Below are positions 53,801 to 64,000 of a stretch of 64,000 nucleotides of DNA, piece after piece; within the stretch, counting starts at the first letter, position 1; each line of letters opens with the position of its first letter. The notes beneath the pieces are model-generated. The model worked only from the letters and a program-made list of their open reading frames with translations, did no database searches and was not told where the DNA came from. The stretch covers positions 13,144,001 to 13,208,000 of the forward strand of contig OZ316775.1 of assembly GCA_973851085.1 (NCBI GenBank), written 5' to 3'. This DNA is from Ptychomitrium polyphyllum. Taxonomy: Eukaryota. A program made the translations under genes and the position numbers.

Positions 53801-56800
53801 CCATGCCTACCGTGCTTTCAGTGACCATGGCTATTGGTTCCCATCGCCTTTCTCAACAGGTACGGTTAGTAGAAGTTGGACGTTCAATCAGCACAATACC
53901 TTTAGTGAATGTTTCAGGTAATCATTTGCAAATAATATAAAAACTGGTAGATGGTCAACGTCGTTTTAATTGGTAACATGGTCTGACATCTTGACGGCCA
54001 TGACTGTGTGCAGGGTGCCATTACCAAACGTATGACTGCTATTGAGGAGATGGCCGGCATGGATGTGTTATGCAGTGACAAGACAGGAACACTAACCCTG
54101 AACAAGTTGACCGTTGACAAGAATCTGGTTGAGGTATTTACAAAGGGTGTGGACAAGGAGATGGTATGTTTAATGTCAGCTCGGGCTTCCAGGGTCGAGA
54201 ATCAAGATGCCATCGATGCTGCCATTGTTGGAATGTTGGCTGATCCGAAAGAGGTTCGGATCTAACCCGTCTTTCAAGATTATGATGTGGTGTCTGTTAT
54301 TTCTTAAAAATTGACTGTCCTGCTAAAGGATAGCCCATGACCAGTTTTTTGTGGTTATTGCAGGCGCGTGCCGGTATTCAAGAAGCGCATTTCCTCCCTT
54401 TCAATCCCGTCGACAAGCGTACCGCCATCACATACATCGACAATGCTGATGGCACGTGGCACCGGTCCAGCAAGGGAGCTCCTGAGCAGATTTTGGATCT
54501 GGCATACAACAAGGAAGAGATTGCTGCACGAGTGCACTCGGTTATTGATAAATTCGCTGAACGTGGTCTGCGTTCATTGGGTGTGGCTAGGCAGGCAAGT
54601 CTATATCGTGGCTGTCTGTTCTAGTTCTTCTGTGTACATGGTCTGTGAGTTTTATTGATAATTATTTTTGATCATGCACGGTAGCAATGTGTTAGTATGC
54701 CTTACTCTTCTTTTTTGCTTGTTCAATCTACTTATTGTAGTCGGGAATTCAATGTTTCTCCTATGTCCTTTTTGGAGAATAAGGAATGACGGAATACATT
54801 TTTTAGTAAAACGTAAGGAATCAAAGGTCTGGCTCTGCTTTTTAAAACAGGAAGTTCCCGAACGGAGCAAGGATGGTGCTGGTGGACGTTGGGAGTTTCT
54901 CGGTTTGTTGCCCCTTTTTGACCCACCTCGACATGACAGTGCCGAGACTATCCGTCGGGCTCTTAATTTGGGTGTTAGTGTCAAGATGATTACAGGTACA
55001 TTATGCTCAACCCTTCATATTTAATTTTGTGTTTAATTGGGACCTTCAGCGCTTGTCTTTTCAGCATAACCGTGATCGTGTGTACAGTTGTTAGAAGGAT
55101 ATGTTCATGTTTACTGTGGTAACTTATCACTATCATTTCATTTCAGGTGATCAGCTGGCGATTGGAAAGGAAACAGGTCGACGGCTGGGCATGGGGACGA
55201 ACATGTACCCATCGTCCTCTCTGCTTGGCGCACACAAAGATGAAGCTATTGCCGCTTTACCTATTGATGAATTGATTGAAAAGGCAGATGGTTTTGCGGG
55301 CGTCTTCCCAGAGCACAAGTACGAAATTGTCAGAAGGTTGCAGGATAAGAAGCACATTGTTGGTATGACTGGAGATGGTGTGAACGACGCTCCCGCTCTG
55401 AAGAAGGCAGACATCGGTATTGCTGTAGCAGATGCCACGGACGCTGCTCGAAGTGCCTCTGATATTGTGCTGACAGAGCCTGGGCTGAGTGTGATTATTA
55501 GTGCTGTCTTGACCAGTCGAGCTATTTTCCAGCGTATGAAGAACTACACGATATACGCTGTTTCCATCACCATCCGTATAGTACTTGGGTTCATGTTGTT
55601 GGCCCTGATCTGGAAGTTTGACTTCTCACCCTTCATGGTTCTTGTCATTGCTATCCTCAATGACGGTACCATTATGACCATCGCTAAGGATCGTGTGAAG
55701 CCATCTCCACTGCCAGATAGCTGGAAGCTGAGGGAAATCTTCTCCATTGGTGTCGTGCTCGGGACTTACATGGCATTGATGACTGTTCTATTCTTCTGGA
55801 TGATGCACGAGACAACATTTTTCCCAGTACATAAGTTCACCCTACTACTTTGCAAAAACTTGGAAGTATTTTATTGCGACATATATTGTACTCCAATGAA
55901 TGTGTGCTGTAGGAGCTGTATTTCTTATAAATTATGTTTGGAATTTGGTGTTTTGTGGATCATTTTTTTGTGCATGACGGGAAGGGATACAGCATTCATG
56001 ATCATTTGTATGTTTGTTGCTGATGAATTTGGATGTTGTGCAGGACCGCTTTGGGGTGAGGGATATCAGCGGGAACCACGACGAGATGACGGCAGCCATT
56101 TATCTGCAAGTCAGTATTATTAGTCAGGCGCTCATCTTTGTCACTCGTTCCCGGAGCTGGTCCTTCGTTGAGAGACCAGGAGCGCTTCTCATGTTTGCTT
56201 TTTTAGCTGCTCAACTGGTAAGATTTCCACTTAGAGTATGTGACAAGGGCTCTTGTACGGTTCGTTACTCAAGGAAGAAAATGGAGCAATTTGAAATCTG
56301 GAGATTGTGGATATTTTGGAGGCTTAAAATCATCAATGAGATGTTGGTGCTGACATCAGTATACTGCTCTGATTTACTACAGATTGCGACATTCATTGCT
56401 GTCTACGCCAATTGGGGATTCGCCCACATCCGTGGTTGCGGTTGGGGTTGGGCTGGAATCATCTGGCTCTTCAGCATCGTCACTTATATTCCTCTGGATA
56501 TTTTGAAATTCTTTGTCCGATACATCCAAAGCGGAAAGGCTTGGGATAATTTGATTAATCGCAAGGTATATGCTATTTTAGATGGACTGCATTCAGGATA
56601 TGAGCTGATTATTGGATGTTTGGTGTATCGCTTTATAACAGAAGTAAACTATACCTAACCTTGTATTAATCGTCTGATTACATAGACCGCGTTCACTACG
56701 CAAAAGGACTTCGGAAAGGAGGCACGTGAAGCTCAGTGGGCTCATGCTCAGCGAACATTGCATGGACTTCACCCTCCCCAATCCAAGGATGATTCTTCAG

Positions 56801-57102
56801 CTGCAACTAGCAGTGGTAACAGAGAGCTTGGATTTATGGCAGAGCAGGCCAAGAGGAGAGCAGAAATTGCAAGGTATTGATGAGAATTTTTCTCTTTGGT
56901 CATCTGCATGATTGCTTTGTATGTATTGGATTTCGCTTGTTGCATTTTGAAAACCCTAGGATGATACGATGTATTGGCTCTAACCAATTGAGTGTGGCGC
57001 TGTAGGTTACGGGAGTTGAACACTTTGAAGGGCCATGTTGAATCGGTTGTTCGACTAAAGAACCTAGATGTGGAGATGATCCAACAGTCGTATACCGTGT
57101 AG
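50827..57102 (+). CDS. AHA: Plasma-membrane P3A H+-ATPase (AHA/HA), copy 2, 14 exons, 969 aa, penultimate-Thr type
   Basis: Exons 50827-50919, 52085-52204, 52370-52468, 52814-52951, 53130-53264, 53473-53859, 54014-54253, 54364-54594, 54851-54995, 55147-55826, 56044-56217, 56383-56565, 56686-56873, 57006-57102 sum to 2910 nt. Same P-type motifs; C-terminus [13 protein letters not shown]. Confidence 0.97.
50925..50952. repeat. (TTTCG)n repeat at the start of intron 1 of H+-ATPase copy 2
   Basis: Read directly. Confidence 0.85.
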
Positions 57103-60100
57103 AAAGGAAGTACGGTGTATCGTTCTTATAGTCTCTAGTCCGGCAGAGGAATGTGCAGACGATTCTTTCAGAAACATTGATCATTGTTGCAACAAATTAC
57201 GGCTTCAAGGTATTGTGAAGATAGTAGCCATGTCTTGTAGAGTAGGTATATCGGTTCACTCTATCGTGATTAGGTGGAATGTGGGATATATAGCAGAAAC
57301 GAGTGCACTCATGGGCCTCGATCCTGAAATAGTTAAACATACTGACAATGATGAGATAGTTATTAGTTGTGTCTGGGTGGCTTGTTGAGGTTCTGAAACG
57401 GCGTTGGTACCTGTTGGCGGAGTGCTTGTATACAGTCCCACTTTGAAGACTAGTGTTACACAAAATAGACGCAGACAGGAGTGGATTTTGAATCTATTGC
57501 CATTGGCAGAGTTTTACTTTCTTAATAACGTGTAGTTGTGACACGGACTTGTCTCCGCTGTTGTTGTTTATCATGACGTAAGACCGGACGTGACGAGATA
57601 AGTCACTGGAAGTGGCCATTAGACTCTGTTGCTGACGCGGGTATTGTAAACAAGTTGTTAGTGCATCATATTTGTTTATGATGAAAATTATACGTGATCT
57701 CCTTTGCCTGATGAGACCGAGTGCGACAACGCCCATACCCAATATTTCTCACAACTACGCAGGTTTCTCACGGGCTCTTTCTCAAAAACGTCGGAAACGG
57801 TGTCCCAGCTCGTAAATCCACTGCCTAATACAGTGAACAGTTGCTTTACACGTGATGTTCAATCGCCTGGAATGAAAATTCTCGTCAGCTTATTGGTTCA
57901 TAACTTGTATTGAATCGCGCCTCCTACGACAAGTATCAAGCATTCAGTCACAACATAATATAAACATTAGTCTCTGGCAGCTCCCGGTCACAATATTCTA
58001 CTTCTGTTCCTCTTCAACCTCCCAATAAATTTGATGAAACAGTTAGCACAACTGGAGCAGATTACAAATTTGTAATCGACCATTTGCAAATTTTAGACAG
58101 GCGTCATGCAACGGCAGAGTAAACTCACAACCCAGTGGCAAGTCAACTATGCGATATCCTTACTGACAAACGACATGCCTGAAGCTGTTTGACGCCAGCG
58201 TAGTGAACTTCGGTGACGAGGCCAATGAAATCACGTGGTTCATATGACACGATTATGGAAAGGCGCAGTTTGTCTACCTCACATTGAAAAAGGAGGATTG
58301 TAATCGAGAGCATCCGCACTCCACCCAACCAATTCATCTGAGTGGTGGTGGATCCTATTGTGGCGCCTTTCATTAAATTCATATTCAGGCAGGGCCCCTG
58401 GAGCTTCGGCATTGGGCAAAGCCCGCTCTAGAACCCTGGCGAAGGACCCTATCTGCCTGGAAAGTGGAGGGCAGTGCAGCCCTAGTATTAGCTTTACACC
58501 ACAGCAGCAGCACTCGTGCTCATATCTTAGCGGTACATCATTGCCCTGCCTGTCTCTGATTGTTTCTCATCTGAATCTCAACTCCATGGCGTGGTTCATA
58601 TAATCTACCTTCTCTGCCTCCCAGGACAGGCCACACCAAGCTAACCTTCAAAAGCCGAGTCATGCCAACGACACACTGAACACAACTTGGCACACGATAA
58701 TATTGCTGTTCAACTTTTTGGGCACGAATTATATGCACTCTTCGTCACCAACTAGAAATGCTTGTACAGACTACGGTAGCATATGTTAACCAGTTGTTTA
58801 CTACATGAGACTTACTACAGTGGAAAAACCTTGCAACAGCGCATGAAGTAATGTTCTCTATTGGGCCACCAACTTCCGTACCCAAGATGAGCCAAGGCCC
58901 AAAACGCACTCCAAACGTCAGAAGTCTCAGATTCTTCTCTTAATTGGAATGCACAGTGGAAAAGTTTAGAGAAAATTTGTGCACAAGATTGACCCGTTGA
59001 GGCTATCCTGAACGTTGATACAATCGGCCGAGATAAAAGGCTCAAAGGAAGAGAATTCAGGTAACCATTCAAAGCTTACTTCTATATATACCCCATGCGC
59101 ACGGGGCATCACGAGGGTGCGCAATCAATAATGAAAAGCCTGCGCGCTAATAAGGGATAAGACGACATAAACCAGTCTACACACGCCAAATGGTGGCAAG
59201 ATGGTGGGGCAACTAACAATAAATTTCCACAAAGAGAAATATACAGTACTGATGAGTCCTACAGAACCGGCTACCACTTGAATGGACCTCCCAAAATACC
59301 AGCAGATCTAACTTACTTGCATGGCATGCTGGCACCACTCACTCCGTGCGACTAACTTACAAAAAGTCCAACACCAACAGCACCATCTCCGGCAACCTCC
59401 TGCCTCCCTTTCTCTCTGACTCAGCAGAAGGAGATCATGCTATTGGCGTCGTTATTATTTCCATGCGAGTACCGCCCGCTCTCTGCATGTCATGTCCAGC
59501 ACACAAGACCCGCTTGCTGATGTCCGCTGCCCACACTCACAGACTCCGGCAGAATCCAACGCCACAACAAAGGAAATCAGAGGCAAAATCTGGTCGTCAC
59601 TACAGTTGATATTTTGGCTCGCTCCATTGTCGTGTGTGCAACTCCACGTCGCTGGGATTGATTTTCACTACTAATGCTGTTCTTGTTTCACAATCCATCC
59701 CTTGTTCCCTGATTTTGGCTCAATATTCTGTACTTGATATGAAGGTCCCACCGCTGCATGCTCCGGTGACCTCGTTTTTACACAAAGATACTCTCTTGCT
59801 CCTCCCTTGCTCCAAATCTGAGCTATTTATCACCATGATCACTCCAACTCTCTCGCCTCACAACCCATGTCTCACGGCACCCAGTAGTATGACAATGAAT
59901 TCCAGAGCTCTCAAGTTGTTGCTCGACGTTTGATGGACATCGATACCATACATAGGTCTCATCCACGCTCCATCATTTGCTCAATTTCAAGAGAAACTGA
60001 ATACTATCAATCACGCCACTCGTGAATACCAGCTGCTAAAAATAAATTATTCTACAACTACTTGTAAGTTTCAAACGGTACAGAGATGAAATGCGGAAGA

Positions 60101-60214
60101 CAATCCAAATAGGTCAATATTTAAGAAGCTAACACATCCAACCAGGAAGAGCAAGTACAAGGAACTATTCATCTTATGAAGTTCCATGGCCGTGCAGATT
60201 CCGCCCCCAGTCAG

Positions 60215-61834
60215 TTAGATTGCCAGGTGTGTGATCTCGTGCTCTTTCTCGTGCACGGCCATTCCCCGGTTGCCACTATGCTGCGGCCGTTGCCGATTGT
60301 TCCACCGGGGAGTGGTGAAGCATGAACTGCCATTGCTGCTGGAACGGGAGTAGCCCACCATGGGGCTGGCCGAAGAGCGCCGGTGAGGAGTGTCCTCCAT
60401 CAAATCCGAATCGGTGGCCACCTCTTGGTCCATGTTGCCAGGCTTGGCAGAGATCATGAGAGGGCTCTTCTGGGTTCGAGGGGTTCGAGGGCGAGGCGAG
60501 GACCTCCACCAGGGGCTCTTCTTCGACGTCAGAACTGGAGTCAAAGGTTGATGAGTGCTCTCCCTTACCTTGGGGGCATACATAGACGAAGTTGATTTCC
60601 TCCTCTCCTGGTATCCAGAGTCGGCAGCAGCAGGAACAGCCTCCACGGCCACCTTCTTCTGACTAAACATCCAGTCGTTCTTGCGATCCTCCTTAGGAGT
60701 GACGGCCTTGAAGGAAGAGAACCACTTCCAGGGAGATTTCTTCGGAGATTTCCCGGCGTACTGGCCTATCCCTTCATCTCCATAGGTCCGCATCCCAGAA
60801 GAATGCGACGCTTTGCCCGAGAAATTCTCCTCTTTTCCAAATCCCTCGTACGCCCCCATCTTCCTCGCATTGGCTGCAGATTTGCTTGCTCTCCATGGCA
60901 CATTGTAATTCTCGCCAGGAATGACATGCTTCTTGCCAGCGAAAGGACTTCCACGGCTGCTGGTAGAGAACCTTCGAGAATCCATGGATTCGATGTCAAA
61001 TAGGGATGCCCCAGAATATCTGGCAGGGGTGACTTGCTCATGCACCGGTGCAGCAGAGTATCTGGCGGAGGTGGTCTGCTGCTCCCATTGCGATGACACC
61101 GAGTACCGAGCTGGAGTGGTCTGCTCCAAGCCAGAGGAAACGGAGAATCGAGGTGGGGTGTACTGCTGATCATGAGTTGGGACTGCAAAGTCGTCACTGT
61201 CCTCGAATCCTTGCTCATTTGGTTTAGTCCCGGAAGAGCTCGCTTCGGCCTTCTTACTCGAACTGCGAAACCCTATCATTCTCATCATCGCAGCTCCCCA
61301 TCCCTTTGGTTTGCGTCTCCCACTGGCTGAAGAATGCAGCTTCCTCTTGTGGCGCCCAGATTCTCCAGCCTCCAGTGTAGGCGGCATGCTGTGGCCCATG
61401 GCTTCATCATGACCTCCAGAGCCAGAATCTTCTGCGGTACCTACCTCTCCCTGCATGTCGCCATGGTATGCACCATCGAGATGTAGGTCGGCGGGTTCAT
61501 GATCTCTGGGCATGTACGGTTGCATATGTTGGTTGCCACCAACCAATGCTCCCATGGCATTCCTGTTCACGCCCGGGTAGAACAAGTCTGAGTTGTCTCC
61601 GGCCAGTCCCCCACGGTTCCCTTCTTCATTATTGTATTGGACCAGGATGAATTGAGCTCTGCGACTGCCTGCAGGCATGCCCATAGGCATGCTGGTGGGG
61701 AAGTTCTCCAAATCAATGGAGTCATCCTCTTCATCCTGGTACACGGCGAGTTTGCTCAAGGACTCGCGTAAACAATGCGCACAAATTCCAACGTTGTCCT
61801 GGGTCGGGTGCCACTTGCAACCAAGCATCGTCAT
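60215..61834 (-). CDS. DUF740 / OCTOPUS-like protein, single coding exon, 539 aa, mostly low-complexity
   Basis: First in-frame ATG is at 61834. N-terminal CKWHPTQDNVGICAHCLRESLSKL fits the CxxHP-x(n)-GxCAxCLxERL motif of DUF740/OPS-like proteins. Probable 5'-UTR intron about 62431-61848. Confidence 0.7.
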   Translation of the reverse strand: MTMLGCKWHPTQDNVGICAHCLRESLSKLAVYQDEEDDSIDLENFPTSMPMGMPAGSRRAQFILVQYNNEEGNRGGLAGDNSDLFYPGVNRNAMGALVGGNQHMQPYMPRDHEPADLHLDGAYHGDMQGEVGTAEDSGSGGHDEAMGHSMPPTLEAGESGRHKRKLHSSASGRRKPKGWGAAMMRMIGFRSSSKKAEASSSGTKPNEQGFEDSDDFAVPTHDQQYTPPRFSVSSGLEQTTPARYSVSSQWEQQTTSARYSAAPVHEQVTPARYSGASLFDIESMDSRRFSTSSRGSPFAGKKHVIPGENYNVPWRASKSAANARKMGAYEGFGKEENFSGKASHSSGMRTYGDEGIGQYAGKSPKKSPWKWFSSFKAVTPKEDRKNDWMFSQKKVAVEAVPAAADSGYQERRKSTSSMYAPKVRESTHQPLTPVLTSKKSPWWRSSPRPRTPRTQKSPLMISAKPGNMDQEVATDSDLMEDTPHRRSSASPMVGYSRSSSNGSSCFTTPRWNNRQRPQHSGNRGMAVHEKEHEITHLAI

Positions 61835-62605
61835 AGTGACTCTACCTCTGTAGAGCTCGACGAAAAAATAGAGACTCGTCAATCAAGCAGCTCCACAGAC
61901 CGGTCATCAAGTCTGTTTACACTGCTACTCATTCAGCTGCCAAGCACATGTGTGCATCCTCGTGGTGACGATAGCATTGCAATTCCCAAAAACTGCATTC
62001 CAACACACCCGACCCCAAACAAATTGTTAGTAATTGCTACAACCTATTGATAAAACATAACCTCAGATGTACTTCAACCAGATGATCGCACAGTTGACAA
62101 GAGAAAAAAGTAGGATGCGCATCGGCCGAATGTCTCCTAAAATTTACATCTACAACAGCCATTTGTAGTGTGCTTCAAAGGATAAGATCCGAATCCCTGG
62201 CTTCACCCACGCCGTGATACAGAAAGTCAGACAGCCTTCCACCAGGCGAGCAGCGAACCTAAAAGCAAGCACCACTGACCTAAGAAGGTGAGGCTCTAGC
62301 TCGACTCAACACAAAATGAGTCGGTCACGGAACACGAGTCGGTGGAGCGAAAATATATGCGCAAATTGCAGGAGCCAAGTCCATACAACCAAAAGGGAGC
62401 AGCACAAGCCGAAACAGCAAAGGTCACTTACGCAGCACTGGCTAGCGCCGATAACCCAAGTCCACCGCAGAGACCTAGAACCCGAGCAATCTGATACAAG
62501 AAAGCACACTTCGCCCCTGGAGCGAAGGAGATTCCCAAAAAACAGAGGACCCACCAAACGGTACTACGACCGGATAGAGCGATGCGACACTCTCCACCCC
62601 ACAAC

Positions 62606-62693
62606 GTGTGTGTCTGTGTGTCTGTGTGTGCGTGCGTGTGTGTGTCTGTGTGTGCGTGCGTGTGTGTGTGTGTGTGTGTGTGCGTGTGTGTGT
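62606..62693. repeat. Compound (GT)n/(GTGC)/(GTCT) microsatellite upstream of the DUF740 gene
   Basis: Read directly. Confidence 0.93.
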
Positions 62694-64000
62694 TCAGCAC
62701 CACCGACAATCACGTTACAGCGACCTTAAATGCTCAAATGTGGGCGTGAACGTTGAGCAACAAATCCTCTTCACAAGGACCGTGCACGACAAGAGATTGG
62801 GTGGAAGCTGGACACAGTGCTAGGAGAGGGTCCACGAACTTACTAAGGCAGTCGGTTGCGCCACTACCCAAACTTGTAAACGGCACTGCAGCAGGGCAGC
62901 AGCGGGTGGGCAGTGCTGCGCGAGCACTGCCGAAGCTGGAAGTCTGGAATGGGTGATGGTGAGCCTGGACTCTGGTCTCTAGGAGACAAAGATTGCGGTA
63001 GCAGGACAGACGCAGACACTCCCCCCACAGGCGCTACACTGCTGCTGCTGCTGCTGCTAAGCTACTTGCGATGGTGCAGCAGGCAGATCATGAAGTAAGT
63101 GACCAGCAGCAGCTCCCCTTGCAGCCTATGCTCAGTGTCAGAGCAACATGGCCATGGACACACAGTGATTGTATGTATTGCTGGCTGGTAGAGGAGTGGG
63201 GGCTCCATGCAGCATACATATGTAGCTCTCGAGACCTTTATCCACAAATGTACATACTACCACCCGAGCTACTACTACAACACTCACCATGATGGTACAC
63301 CATATTCTCAAATGATAAGACTCATGTGCACACATCAGGTGTTGAGACAGACAGACAGAGAACGCGCACCTGAACAACATATGAAGCTGGCTGTTGCTGC
63401 TGTGCTGGGCAGCAAGACACATGGTTCAGACCCGCATGAAGCTCTGCTAGAGAGAGAGAGAGGAAGAGAGCGAGGAGCACCTGGGGTGCCGCAGCGGGGT
63501 CGGGAGAGGGGCCTGCCACCGGGCTGGCAAGATCGACTGAGAGTGGGCTGCGGCCACCACTAACTTAGTGCGGAGCTTCCACTGATGCACTGATGCCACT
63601 GGGTAACTGGGGTGATAACTTAGTTCAGTTCCATATAGCGCCAGCACACATAAATTATTACATCCCGGGGCTGCAGCCTTGCACAATGGCGCTGCGGCTC
63701 TAGATTCGCCGGGCGTGCAATCTACGAGATTGGTAGATGCTGCGGCGTTCTGGTGTTGCGCCCAAGTTGCTGCCCGATCTGGCCCAGATTAGAATGTTCC
63801 AATCCCCTCGCCCTCTTTTAGCATGCCCGGGCCCCGGTGCCCCGCTGCACTCCCTCGTCCTTTTCCTCTCCTGTGCAGTATAATTTGCTTTTGGGGGCCC
63901 CCCTCCATAGTCTGGCTGAGTCCTCTGCGGCTGAAGGTATCCACTGCTGCCTTCCTACTTTCCTAATTTCAGCCGTCGTCCGAGTGATGTTGTTCGGCTC

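Noticed and set aside
58676..58699. Resemblance to moss miR536 or its target site
   Set aside because: About 7 mismatches over 22 nt against the recalled sequence, and no fold-back arm.
62306..63686. Cluster of short ORFs at the right end
   Set aside because: Microsatellite-derived or GC-rich upstream sequence of the DUF740 gene; no domains and no consistent exon chain.

Overview
Land-plant nuclear DNA, most likely a moss. That assignment is an inference from the compact intron-rich genes, GC-rich 5' ends and the type of Ty3/gypsy debris. Spliced models built by hand that close in frame: FBN6/PAP8-like fibrillin (+480-1939), cytosolic enolase ENO2/LOS2-like (-2906-6053), NEDD1/GCP-WD (+12291-18885), AWPM-19 membrane protein (+20105-21019), RD2-like universal stress protein (+25265-27048), two tandem plasma-membrane H+-ATPases with the penultimate-Thr C-terminus (+41048-47821, +50827-57102), and a DUF740/OCTOPUS-like protein with a single coding exon (-60215-61834). 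The first exon of a probable METTL23-like gene runs off the left edge. AT-rich gaps hold decayed gypsy pol fragments. Best observations: (1) one 271-bp stretch is 269/271 identical between the two ATPase paralogues while the neighbouring exon differs at about 18%, a gene-conversion signature; (2) the paralogues differ by six precisely placed introns; (3) both have mini-uORFs and the same GC-AG intron; (4) the enolase has Ile (ATA) at residue 93, where Arabidopsis has the MBP-1 start Met; (5) a triple-ABRE tandem repeat sits beside a region with splice signals but no ORF. I found no convincing evidence of a wholly new biological system.
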